Of a stretch of 63,617 nt of DNA, positions 49,679 to 58,498 are shown in pieces (positions within the stretch are counted from its first letter, which is position 1; every line of letters starts with the position of its first letter). The stretch lies in IMG/VR virus record IMGVR_UViG_3300031576_000041, positions 1 to 63,617 of that record; one strand, written 5' to 3'. The translations under genes and the position numbers were made by a program. The DNA is from a virus. Its lineage: Duplodnaviria; Caudoviricetes. The notes beneath the pieces are model-generated. The model did no database searches. It worked only from the letters and a program-made list of their open reading frames with translations, and was not told the DNA's origin.

Positions 49679-49972
49679 ATGACAACCTACCAGGAACACG
49701 CTGAGCATATCTGCGCCGTCCTTGGCGTCGATCAGGAAACAGCCAGACTCAGCGGCTTGGCCACGTATCTGGAATGCTATGTGGTTGGCCCGATAGTGGC
49801 AACGGTCGGGCAGGTCCTAAAAGACCTTGGAGAATCACCCAACGCAACGGGTATACTTGCGGCGGTCTTGAGGCTCAATCGGATACTACGGACAGCACCC
49901 AGCAGTGCGGCCCGGATGGAGGGACCACGAAAATCCCTCCGAAGAATGGATGGGGGAAGCAGCCCCAATTGA
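49679..49972 (+). CDS. Hypothetical protein
   Basis: ORF in operon orientation. Confidence 0.4.
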   Translation: MTTYQEHAEHICAVLGVDQETARLSGLATYLECYVVGPIVATVGQVLKDLGESPNATGILAAVLRLNRILRTAPSSAARMEGPRKSLRRMDGGSSPN

Positions 49973-50099
49973 TGAAAACTCCGGTTCGGGGTCGGCGCCT
50001 GTTCGCGGTGTGCAGACTAGCTCGGCGGCTAACGGCACAACCGAGGATGAGAACAAAGGCAGATTTGATCCGGGATGGCAAGGCCCGTCGGAGGAAGTC

Positions 50100-50594
50100 A
50101 TGAACGTAGCACTACTGAATAGGATCCGTCAGCATATTACCGAGGATCCCCGTAGATTTTTTATGGGTGTTTTTTTTGCTTTGTGGGACGAGAGATGGTA
50201 TACGACCAGTCCTTTCTCGGACGCCGACGAACCGGACGATGAACTGGACGATGAACTGGACGACGAACCCGAAGAAGCGGCTGCCCCCATGCTTCCTATA
50301 ACCCCTCCCGCTTGTGGAACTGCTGCCTGCATCGCGGGATGGGCGTGTCTCTTGGGAGGTGATGAAGAACTCGCAACGAACATAAGGGACTTTCGGTCCG
50401 GGTGGCGCACAGTCGAATTCAGGGCTAGAGACCTTCTGGGTCTTGACGAATCCCAAGCCAGGCGCTTATTTTATCAGGGCCTCTGGCCCACCCAATTCGC
50501 CGTCCCCGCGCAGAGAATGTCTGTTGGAAGCGCGGAATATGCTCAGATCGCCTGCAAGCGTATCGATTGGATGATAAAAACGGGGGGGGAATGA
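50100..50594 (+). CDS. Phage hypothetical protein (CGT.ACIAGW motif) with an acidic insert
   Basis: GGAGG RBS; CGTAACIAGWA...A..LLGL...A..LF. Confidence 0.65.
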   Translation: MNVALLNRIRQHITEDPRRFFMGVFFALWDERWYTTSPFSDADEPDDELDDELDDEPEEAAAPMLPITPPACGTAACIAGWACLLGGDEELATNIRDFRSGWRTVEFRARDLLGLDESQARRLFYQGLWPTQFAVPAQRMSVGSAEYAQIACKRIDWMIKTGGE

Positions 50595-50929
50595 ACATGA
50601 TCCAACCCTACACCACCAGAGAGGAAATAGCGGGACGGGCGGGTGACTGAAGCCTGGACAACATGAAAATGCCCCAAACCCAAACTGACCTAATGTACGC
50701 TGGCCTGCCAGAAAGTTTACGGGGCTGGGGCGAGTGGCTGGAAAGACCTAACGTCTATGCGAGAATCTGACGAACATGATATCGGAAAGTCGTGGGAGTC
50801 TTTCCGCCATCGGGGGTGTCCCGATGGGAAGGCGGCGGCTTTCTGTTTTGACCGTCGTGTGTTCAACTAGAACCCCGGTGGCGCGCTAGCGCGCCGCCGG
50901 GCCATTAAGAGAAAAAAACGGAGGGATTC

Positions 50930-51994
50930 GTGGCGGAAAACAGATCAATCGTACCCGCACCAATCGACAAGCGCGTCGTGGAGGTCAGGGGATTCCTGGA
51001 GAAGGCGACCCGTGATATCGCCCGAGCGATGCCCAAAATCCTGGCCGCCGACGGGAAGTCGATGGTGCCGAGGATCGACCCCGACAGATTCAAACGCATC
51101 ATCCTTTCGCTGGTCGGACGGCCGGGCATGGACTACGTAACGCCTGTGAGCTTCGCCAAAGCCGCGATCCGTGCGGCGTCCCTGGGGCTGGACCCCGAGC
51201 CGACCCTCGGGCAATTCTCGCTCGTTCCATTCGGGAAGGAACTTCAGGTCATCGTCGGCTACCGTGGCATCATCGAGCTTGCGTTGCGATCCGACCGTGT
51301 CGAGTACGTGCGCGCCGATGTGGTCTACTCCGAGGACGTTTTTGTCTACAGCACGGGCCTGATTCAGGAGTTGAAGCACGAACCGAACCTCGACGCCGAT
51401 CAAACCGGAAAGGAGCCGCGCCTGGCTTACGCCGTGGCGCTCCTGAAGGGTGGCTCCAGCATCGTGATGGTCCTCCCGAAGTGGAAAATCATGGCCCGCA
51501 AGGCCAGGTCCAAGGCGGTCGTCAGGGCGCAGGAAAAGAACGCGAAGTTGCGGCCAGGCGAAAAGCAGAGCACGACGCCGTGGGATACGGACCCGAACGC
51601 CATGTGGATGAAAACGGCGGTGCGCGCCCTGTGGCCGTGGCTGCCTCAATCGACCGACTCCCCGGTTTCCTTGGCCGTTGACGCCGATGCCGATGTGGAT
51701 ACCGAAGATCAACCCATCGAGGCGGAGTTCAATATCGTTGACGGGCAGGAGGAAGCCACGGACGAACCGCCCGCCCAAGAAGGACCTGCCAAGCCGCCGA
51801 AGAGCGGCACAGGCTTGAAGCTGTCGGATTTCGTGGAGTTCGAGCAGGACAGACTTCTCCATGCGATGAAAACCGCCGAGGGAATGAACCGCGCCAAGGT
51901 GGAAGCCTGGCTGGCGACTTTCCAAGGCAATGCCCAGGGCGCTCTCGACTATGCAGACGAGCGGCTGGCGATCAAAACGGAGGGAAGTAAATGA
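50930..51994 (+). CDS. recT: RecT-family single-strand annealing protein
   Basis: LGLDP...GQ..LVPF...IVGYRG.I.LA.RS...PW.TD...MW.KT..R. Confidence 0.9.
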   Translation: MAENRSIVPAPIDKRVVEVRGFLEKATRDIARAMPKILAADGKSMVPRIDPDRFKRIILSLVGRPGMDYVTPVSFAKAAIRAASLGLDPEPTLGQFSLVPFGKELQVIVGYRGIIELALRSDRVEYVRADVVYSEDVFVYSTGLIQELKHEPNLDADQTGKEPRLAYAVALLKGGSSIVMVLPKWKIMARKARSKAVVRAQEKNAKLRPGEKQSTTPWDTDPNAMWMKTAVRALWPWLPQSTDSPVSLAVDADADVDTEDQPIEAEFNIVDGQEEATDEPPAQEGPAKPPKSGTGLKLSDFVEFEQDRLLHAMKTAEGMNRAKVEAWLATFQGNAQGALDYADERLAIKTEGSK

Positions 51995-52632
51995 AACACG
52001 CAGCAACACCAGCCAGAATCGTAACAATCACGCCGCCGAACTTTCAGGTCGCGGCTTTCAAAATCACCGGAACCGCCCCATTGGTAATCCACCGAATGTC
52101 TGCCAAGCTCAAGTTCGAGATGTTGCAGCGGCAGACAACCGGCGGCGTCTCCAGCAGGGGCAAGAAGGTTCGGGAAGCACAGGACCCCGAAGCCATTTTC
52201 AACCTGGCCAGATACAGGAGCAGTCAGGGGTGGGACGGCTTTCATGCCGGGGCCATTCGCAACGCGATGATCTCGGCTTGCCGTGTGGCGAAATTCCACA
52301 TGTCCCTTGCGAAGCTGTCCATCTTCGTCGAGGCCGATGGATGGGATGCGAGTGAGCCGCAGATCCCACTGATACGCATTGAGGGAGAAGCGGCGATGCA
52401 GCAGGACTTGGCCCGCGTTGAGACCGGCCAACCCTATGTGACGATTAGGGCGGCGTACTATAACTGGAAGGCGACAGTCAGGATCAGGTGGGACGCTGAC
52501 CAGTTCAGTATTACCGACATATCGAATCTTTTATCCCGCGTTGGATTGCAAGTCGGGATCGGAGAAGGCCGCCCCGATAGCAAGAAGTCGAGCGGTCTGG
52601 GGTGGGGCTTGTTCGCCCTGGAGCAAAAGTAG
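51991..52632 (+). CDS. Stand-alone RAMP/Cas7-like protein (Vipr-like)
   Basis: ITGTAPLVIH, FHAGAIRNAM..AC and C-terminal Gly-rich loop GIGEGRP...GLGWGLF; directly precedes the pentamer array. Confidence 0.75.
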   Translation: MKHAATPARIVTITPPNFQVAAFKITGTAPLVIHRMSAKLKFEMLQRQTTGGVSSRGKKVREAQDPEAIFNLARYRSSQGWDGFHAGAIRNAMISACRVAKFHMSLAKLSIFVEADGWDASEPQIPLIRIEGEAAMQQDLARVETGQPYVTIRAAYYNWKATVRIRWDADQFSITDISNLLSRVGLQVGIGEGRPDSKKSSGLGWGLFALEQK

Positions 52633-52838
52633 GGGCAAAGGCAGGCGGGGCGAGGCAGGGCAAGGCAATGCAGGCAAGGCATGGCCGGGCAAGGTACGGC
52701 ATGGCAGGCCAAGGCGTGGCAAGGCAGGCAGGGCCTGGTGGGGCGAGGCAGGCTTGTCTTGGTGAGGCGCTGGGGGGCTGGGCGTGGCCGGGCCCGGTAA
52801 GGGGCATTGGGGCAAGCCAAACAAAAAAAGCTGCCCCA
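52633..52838 (+). ncRNA. GGY-NN pentamer array with 3' hairpin (putative guide RNA)
   Basis: 29 in-register pentamers at 52644-52800, 26 starting GGC/GGT, split by GGCA/TGCA tetramers; TGGGGCA/TGCCCCA hairpin at 52808-52838. Confidence 0.8.
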
Positions 52839-52863
52839 CATAATGAGGTAAAGGGGGAAACGA

Positions 52864-53337
52864 ATGATAACCGACGAGAAACTGATCGCAGAACTTACGA
52901 ACATTGCGGAGCAGAATGGCGGCACGATTCGACCGGATGACGTCGTTACAGCGGCGCAGCCGGAGGAATCTCCTCTCCATTCATTTTTCGATTGGAACGA
53001 TTCCGAAGCAGCATACAAGTACCGACTCTGGCAGGCTCGCCAGCTTATCCGGGTGATGGTCACCTACGTCGGGGATGGCGAAAACAAAACTCCAACGAGG
53101 GTTTTTGTCAGCCTGACCACAGACCGCAAGTCCGGGAACGGCTACCGAAGCATCGTCAGCGTGCTTTCTGATACGGAACGTCGGCGACAACTCCTCGCCG
53201 ACGCACTGACGGAGATGCTGGGCTTTCAAAAGAAGTACGCTGCGTTGAAGGAGCTTGCTGCGGTATTCTCTGCTATGTCCAACGTGATCGCGGAGCGGGG
53301 CGCACAGATCAGCTTTCCGATGGAGTTCAAAAAATGA
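52864..53337 (+). CDS. Hypothetical protein downstream of the array
   Basis: G.I.P.DVV.AA....SPLH.FF.W.D..AA..YRL.QAR.LIR; purine-rich RBS. Confidence 0.75.
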   Translation: MITDEKLIAELTNIAEQNGGTIRPDDVVTAAQPEESPLHSFFDWNDSEAAYKYRLWQARQLIRVMVTYVGDGENKTPTRVFVSLTTDRKSGNGYRSIVSVLSDTERRRQLLADALTEMLGFQKKYAALKELAAVFSAMSNVIAERGAQISFPMEFKK

Positions 53338-53362
53338 ACACAAGGCGAGAACGGAGGGCTGT

Positions 53363-54568
53363 ATGAATCAGCCACAGCATTCGCTGTTGCCGATCATTAC
53401 CCAGCGGCCCATCTCCAAGAGCACCGTGCGCGCGATGGGCTGCGAGCGTCACTATGCCGAGTACCATCTCGGCAATCCGATCCTCCGACAAGTCGCTTCC
53501 CCCCTCGCCCAAACGGGAACGGATTTCCATGTCTATCGACAGGAATACGTCGCACACCTGATCGATGTGGGGCAGGAACAAGACGGCCCGTGGGTTGAGG
53601 CTTGGCTGTCGAAACGGGCAGTGTCCGACGAGGCCCGCGCCATGATCGAGAGGGACCTTCGGTTCTTCCGGGTGGACCCGGAGGCCGTGTTCGGGAGCGA
53701 GGTTTTCCTGTCCATAAATCGCGACATGGAACCCCTGGAACGGCTGAGCGGCCTTGCGCCTGGCACCACGTCGGAGCGGCCGGACGCCTACGTTACAGGA
53801 ATGCTGGACCTCTTGATTCTGTCAGGGGCGTTGGCTTCCATTGTAGATTACAAGACCGGCTGGAATGCCTCTGGCGTTCAGGATCACGAGGCCGCCATCA
53901 ACGCCCTGCTGGTTTTCGCTCACTTCCAGCAGGTTGAGGAGGTCTACTTTACGTGGGAATTTGTGCGGGCCGGTGCCGGCAAACCTCCCGTCCGCTACAC
54001 CAGGGATGATATGGACTGGCTCCGCCGCATGGCCCACAGCGCACACGCACGGCGCGAGGATATCGAACGGCGTCGGACCAGAGGCGAACCGCTGTCCGTA
54101 AACCCATTCGCTGGGCTGTGCCAGTTCTGCCAGTTGACGTGCCCGTTACGGGAAGCGGTCACCAGGGGCCTCGTGGAAATTCCTCCGATTCAAACAGACG
54201 ATGACGCCAGGCTGATAGCGCAGCGAGTCGCGGTTGCGGAGGCATACGTTCGGGGCGGCCGCGCTCTGCTTCGTCCGTTTCTCGACCAGCGGGGAGCGCT
54301 TGACCTCGGAGGCGGGTACGAGGCTACAATGGCGGTGAGGACCGAGCAGAAGTTCCCGCTCGACGCTGTACTTCGGGTTCTTGGTCAGCAGGAATGGGGA
54401 ATCCCGCTGAGTAGCCTGACCGTTTCGGCGTCAAAGCTGAAGGGCTATGCGAAGGCGAAGAAGCGAGCCGGCCTGTCGGAGCTTCTTGATGCTATCGCCA
54501 TCAAGTGGCCAAAGTCAATCCTGCGGCTCGGAAAGGCGAACGACGAACTTGAGGAAGGGGATGTCTGA
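53363..54568 (+). CDS. PD-(D/E)xK exonuclease (RecB/Cas4-like, Cys staple)
   Basis: GT.FH, GMLDL, IVDYKTG; N-terminal Cys plus CQFC...CP. Confidence 0.8.
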   Translation: MNQPQHSLLPIITQRPISKSTVRAMGCERHYAEYHLGNPILRQVASPLAQTGTDFHVYRQEYVAHLIDVGQEQDGPWVEAWLSKRAVSDEARAMIERDLRFFRVDPEAVFGSEVFLSINRDMEPLERLSGLAPGTTSERPDAYVTGMLDLLILSGALASIVDYKTGWNASGVQDHEAAINALLVFAHFQQVEEVYFTWEFVRAGAGKPPVRYTRDDMDWLRRMAHSAHARREDIERRRTRGEPLSVNPFAGLCQFCQLTCPLREAVTRGLVEIPPIQTDDDARLIAQRVAVAEAYVRGGRALLRPFLDQRGALDLGGGYEATMAVRTEQKFPLDAVLRVLGQQEWGIPLSSLTVSASKLKGYAKAKKRAGLSELLDAIAIKWPKSILRLGKANDELEEGDV

Positions 54569-54851
54569 AGCCGAACACATAGCTAAGATTGAGGTGGAGC
54601 TGGAGCGCTACCGCCAGATGCTTGGCTGCCAGGAGAGAACGGTTCCGAGAACCTTCCGCATCGAGATGGCTATCACGCCGGATGGAGGAGTAGTGATCAT
54701 TGCGACAGACACGCATGGGGCAGAGGAGCGTCTCGTGAAACTGATCGCGGCGCAGCTTGGTCTCGTTTTGCGGGTTTCCATGCGTTTGGCCAAACGCATA
54801 CCGCCCCCCACGATCTCACCGCTTGAGGGGGCGCCCCCCGCCGATGCCTGA
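54561..54851 (+). CDS. Hypothetical protein
   Basis: Overlaps both neighbours. Confidence 0.5.
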   Translation: MSEAEHIAKIEVELERYRQMLGCQERTVPRTFRIEMAITPDGGVVIIATDTHGAEERLVKLIAAQLGLVLRVSMRLAKRIPPPTISPLEGAPPADA

Positions 54852-56196
54852 TTTACTCCAGAATGGCCTGCCCTCCAGCCTCGAAGCCGAGCAGTTCGTT
54901 CTGGGTAGCGTCCTGCTCGGCGACCAAGCCCTACCCCAGGCCGCCGGCATTTTGCGATCTGAGGACTTCACCATCGAGAAGCACAGGCGCATTTACGCCA
55001 GGATGCTCGATCTGTACGCGCGCGGCGAGAAGATCGACTACCTGACGCTGATGGAGGAATTGAATCGCAACGGGCAGCTCGCATCGGTAGACGGCGTTGC
55101 CTACCTCTCGGCGCTCACCGAAGGCATGCCGCGCTTCGAAAACATCGAAGCCTACGCGCGCATCGTTAAAGGGAAAGCCGTTCTGCGCCAGACGATCTTT
55201 GCGTCGCAGGCGACCATCGACGACTGCATGGCTTCCGGTGATGAGCCAGGCGAGGTCCTCAACAGGGCTGAGGAACGGCTGCTTCAGGTCGGAGAGCTTC
55301 GAATGCGCGGCGGTTTGCTTACGCCACGCGAGGTTCTCGATGCGTTTCCTGGCGGACTGGAAGCTTTTCTGGACCCGACCAAGAGGAAGCGCGGGCTGGA
55401 AACCGGGTTCCTGAAATTCGACGAGATGACCACTGGCCTCCATCCCGGCGACCTCATGATCCTGGCTGGCCGCCCCGCGATGGGCAAGACGGCCATGGCG
55501 CTCACAATTGCCGGCAGGGTCGCGCTGCAGAATGTCCCTGTGGCGATCTTCTCGTTGGAGATGACTTCGAGCAGTCTGCTTACCAGGATGCTATCGGCCA
55601 TTGGACGGGTTGATTCCGTGAGGTTCAGAAGCGGTTTTCTCGGTCAAGAGGAGCGGCAAAGGCTACGCGCCGGACTCAACCGCATAGTTCAGATGCCAAT
55701 TCGGATGGACGACACCTCCGCGGTCAACTGCATGGATATTCATGCGAAGTGCCGACGCATGAAGCAAGCCACAGGGCTTGGCCTGATCGTAATCGACTAC
55801 CTGCAGTTGATGGTGTCTGGCGAGAAGGCGGAGAACCGGAACCAGGAAGTCTCGCGTATGACGCGGTCGTGTAAAATGATCGCCAAAGACCTGGACGTTC
55901 CGGTGCTACTTCTTTCGCAACTGAACCGTTCTGTCGAGACACGCGGTGGTGACCACCGACCCCTGCTCAGCGATCTGCGCGAAAGCGGTTCCATCGAACA
56001 GGACAGCGATATTGTCGCCTTCGTTTTCCGCGAAGAAATCTACAAGCCAGACCGTGAGGACCTCCGGGGCCTGGCAGAGTTGATTGTTCGGAAGCAGCGC
56101 AATGGGCCAACCGGAACGGTTGACCTCGTTTTTCTGGATACATGCACGCGATTCGAGAACCGAGTACGGGCTGGTGACCTGGTAGAATCCGAGTGA
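54844..56196 (+). CDS. dnaB: Replicative helicase DnaB
   Basis: AEQ.VLG, GRPAMGKT, FSLEM, IDYLQL, LSQLNR, DLRESGSIEQD, KQRNGP. Confidence 0.97.
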   Translation: MPDLLQNGLPSSLEAEQFVLGSVLLGDQALPQAAGILRSEDFTIEKHRRIYARMLDLYARGEKIDYLTLMEELNRNGQLASVDGVAYLSALTEGMPRFENIEAYARIVKGKAVLRQTIFASQATIDDCMASGDEPGEVLNRAEERLLQVGELRMRGGLLTPREVLDAFPGGLEAFLDPTKRKRGLETGFLKFDEMTTGLHPGDLMILAGRPAMGKTAMALTIAGRVALQNVPVAIFSLEMTSSSLLTRMLSAIGRVDSVRFRSGFLGQEERQRLRAGLNRIVQMPIRMDDTSAVNCMDIHAKCRRMKQATGLGLIVIDYLQLMVSGEKAENRNQEVSRMTRSCKMIAKDLDVPVLLLSQLNRSVETRGGDHRPLLSDLRESGSIEQDSDIVAFVFREEIYKPDREDLRGLAELIVRKQRNGPTGTVDLVFLDTCTRFENRVRAGDLVESE

Positions 56197-56199
56197 GTA

Positions 56200-56388
56200 A
56201 TGGTGCGCAAAGCGAAGGCCGAAGAAGCGGAAGAGGCGAAGACGGCGGAGACCAAGGGCTACATCGCCGCCCAGTCCCGAAAGGAGCACGCCTGCCCATA
56301 CCAGCAACCCAATCTCCGGGACGCGTGGGGGCGCGGGTGGGCGCAGGGTCGGAAAGCGATGGAGGAATGGCACGAACCGGAACGCTGA
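56200..56388 (+). CDS. RMF-like (ribosome modulation factor fold) small protein
   Basis: KGY.A......CPY.....R.AW.RGW..G. Confidence 0.6.
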   Translation: MVRKAKAEEAEEAKTAETKGYIAAQSRKEHACPYQQPNLRDAWGRGWAQGRKAMEEWHEPER

Positions 56389-56786
56389 TCTGTAAGTTCA
56401 CTATCCTGGGGCCACCCCGAACGAAGAAGAACCATGGTGCAATTGTCCGTCCAGGCTATGGGAACAGGGGGCGACCGATTATCCTACCGAGCAGACAGTA
56501 CCGCCGGTGGTTCTCAGATTCCATGGTGCAAGTACCCCAGATCTTGCGTTTGCTGGCGCAGGGAGCGCCCCTGGCGCGTCCCGTGAACGTCGGTGCCATA
56601 TTCTATCGGCAAACCGCCTGCGGCGACGCCGTGGGCTACTACCAGGCCCTGGCCGACTGGCTGGAGGGGGCGGGGGTGGTCGAAAACGACCGCTGGATCA
56701 CGTCGTGGGACGGCAGCCGGATGCGGAAGGACAGCGCGAACCCCAGGGTGGATGTGGAAATCTCGGAGGCCCCGTGGGAAGGCTGA
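56367..56786 (+). CDS. RusA-like Holliday junction resolvase
   Basis: G.P.TKKN...D...D.L..AGV.ENDR...PRV.VEI. Confidence 0.75.
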   Translation: MARTGTLICKFTILGPPRTKKNHGAIVRPGYGNRGRPIILPSRQYRRWFSDSMVQVPQILRLLAQGAPLARPVNVGAIFYRQTACGDAVGYYQALADWLEGAGVVENDRWITSWDGSRMRKDSANPRVDVEISEAPWEG

Positions 56787-57574
56787 AATATTTTCATTTC
56801 TTCCCCGACGACTGGTTGTCATCGACCAAAGTCAACTCCATGAGCCTGGCGGAGCAGGGGGCCTACCTTCGATTGCTCTGCCACGCATGGACCGCCCAGG
56901 ACGGTGGTGTTCCGAAAGATGAAGAATCCCTGGCTCGATTGAGCGGTCTCGGCGACGAAGGGTGGTCGAAGGGTGCTTCAAGGGTGCTTCGATGCTTCGA
57001 TGTGGAAAAAGATGGTCGTCTATTCAACGTGAGACTTCTCCAGGAGGTCACGAAACAGGAAGAGTGGCTTGAAAGGTCTCGGTATGGAGGGGTTAATTCC
57101 GGTAAGTCTCGTAGAATTAAGGCGTTGGGAGACGTAGCGGTCGAGCAAGCAGTGGCCGAGGCACTGAAGGGAGGCCGAAGCACCCTTGAAGCACCCTTCA
57201 AGCACCCTTCCAAGGGTGGTTCAAGCACCCTACCAAGCACCCTACCAAGCAAAAGCGAACAGGGGGACACAGAGACTGTAGTTGACTGTTTTAATGACTT
57301 CTTAAAGAAATACCCAAGGCAGGAAAAACTTGATGAATGCTGCCGCTGCTATATTTCGGTGATCGATTCACCTGAAAAGCACGCGCAGTTGATGGCCGGA
57401 TTGGAAAGGTGGCTGGCCAGCGACCAGTGGAATCGGGATGGGGGCCGGTTTGTGCCTACCCCGTCAAGGTTCATCATGCAGAAGCTGTATATCGACAACC
57501 CAGCCCCGGCGCGCGCCAGCGGTCGGACAGCCAGCGCGCTGGAGGAAGCACAGGGCCGCCTGAAGGGACGATGA
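56774..57574 (+). CDS. Replication initiator (DUF1376/YdaU-like N-terminus)
   Basis: F.F...DWL......MS..EQGAY.RLL..AW; C-terminal F...YP...W....G.FVP.P..F. Confidence 0.8.
   Translation: MGRLKYFHFFPDDWLSSTKVNSMSLAEQGAYLRLLCHAWTAQDGGVPKDEESLARLSGLGDEGWSKGASRVLRCFDVEKDGRLFNVRLLQEVTKQEEWLERSRYGGVNSGKSRRIKALGDVAVEQAVAEALKGGRSTLEAPFKHPSKGGSSTLPSTLPSKSEQGDTETVVDCFNDFLKKYPRQEKLDECCRCYISVIDSPEKHAQLMAGLERWLASDQWNRDGGRFVPTPSRFIMQKLYIDNPAPARASGRTASALEEAQGRLKGR
56958..57250. repeat. Iteron-like AAGCACCCT repeats (putative origin)
   Basis: Direct copies at 57178, 57189, 57200, 57223, 57235; inverted copies at 56970, 56981, 57213; AT-rich patch at ~57288-57312. Confidence 0.75.
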
Positions 57575-57819
57575 CCATGACGGAGAAAGAAGCCGCCGTT
57601 GTTGCCAGCCGGCTAACTATTCTCAGGAGGTTTCCGATAGACTCTGTTACAATTGAACAGTTGGCCAGATTCTTTGTGGCCCTCTGTAGAACACGAGAGC
57701 GAGCTGATTGGTTGGTGGACGCCATTATCGAGGAATGCGATGAGTGGCCAGGCCCCAAAACGGCGCGAGAGATTTTCTGTCGCCGGTTTCAACCGGCAGA
57801 CGGCAAGGAGCCCAAATGA
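57571..57819 (+). CDS. Hypothetical protein (helicase-loader position)
   Basis: ATGA coupling; WP.P...R motif. Confidence 0.5.
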   Translation: MTMTEKEAAVVASRLTILRRFPIDSVTIEQLARFFVALCRTRERADWLVDAIIEECDEWPGPKTAREIFCRRFQPADGKEPK

Positions 57820-58019
57820 GCAGCCCTTTTTTTGAAGCTTTCCTTTTTCTTCTGGAGGATCGCGTTCGCCATGGCGATGGCCCGACCTCGGAGCAGGCGA
57901 CCCGGAAGCTGCAGGCCCTTCAGGATTTCGTCCGCGAGACCACTGCTGGCATCGCGGCCGAGGAAGCGCCATTGTCTGCCGAGCCGCCGGACCCGGAAAG
58001 CGCCGAAAGGTGGCGGTGA
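57816..58019 (+). CDS. Hypothetical protein
   Basis: AAGGAG RBS; ATGA coupling. Confidence 0.5.
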   Translation: MSSPFFEAFLFLLEDRVRHGDGPTSEQATRKLQALQDFVRETTAGIAAEEAPLSAEPPDPESAERWR

Positions 58020-58144
58020 TGGCGAGGGACCGGCAAGCCTTCAGGGATTTGATAGGCTAAGGCGCCTGACGGCTTTGGGGACTACGTCGGGGCCGCCACT
58101 ATACCCTCCGGGAACAGGTTCCCAATCCGGGGGAGAAGAGGGCG

Positions 58145-58498
58145 ATGGCAAAGTCTTGGACATCCCGTCGTATACTGGAAACGTGCCGCGCCCCTACAAG
58201 GAGCCAGGAGTACCTGAACTTCATTCGGTACCAGCCGTGCCTAGTATGTGTGATAAGAATCCAGAGGCAGGAAACCAGAACAGAGGCCTCGCACACGGGA
58301 CCGCATGGCCTTGGCCAGAAGTCATCGGACCTCACGGCGATTCCGCTTTGCGCCGGGCACCATCGCACCGCTCGCGATGGATATCACCAGATGGGGCCGG
58401 TTAGATTTCAGGAGCATCACGGCTTCAGCATCCCGGAAGCCATTGAGAGGTTGAACACGATGTTCGACGCCCGAAAAGGAGAACACTATGCGCCGTAA
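58145..58498 (+). CDS. DUF968-like HNH/Zn protein
   Basis: YL.FIR.QPC..C...H...G.G.K.SD...IPLC..HH. Confidence 0.75.
   Translation: MAKSWTSRRILETCRAPTRSQEYLNFIRYQPCLVCVIRIQRQETRTEASHTGPHGLGQKSSDLTAIPLCAGHHRTARDGYHQMGPVRFQEHHGFSIPEAIERLNTMFDARKGEHYAP

Noticed and set aside
50222-50275. GACGATGAACTG tandem repeat as a regulatory element
   Set aside because: Short in-frame duplication encoding DDEL-DDEL in an acidic loop
52633-52838. CRISPR array or simple microsatellite
   Set aside because: No 25-45-bp repeats with spacers, and the NN positions are too diverse for a slippage repeat
52458-53063. ORFs across the pentamer array (52602+, 52541+, 52458-, 52511-, 52531-)
   Set aside because: Low-complexity translations produced by the repeat; they overlap real genes and lack convincing RBSs
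53363-54568. Cas4 as part of a CRISPR-Cas locus
   Set aside because: No cas1/cas2 or array; better explained as the exonuclease partner of RecT
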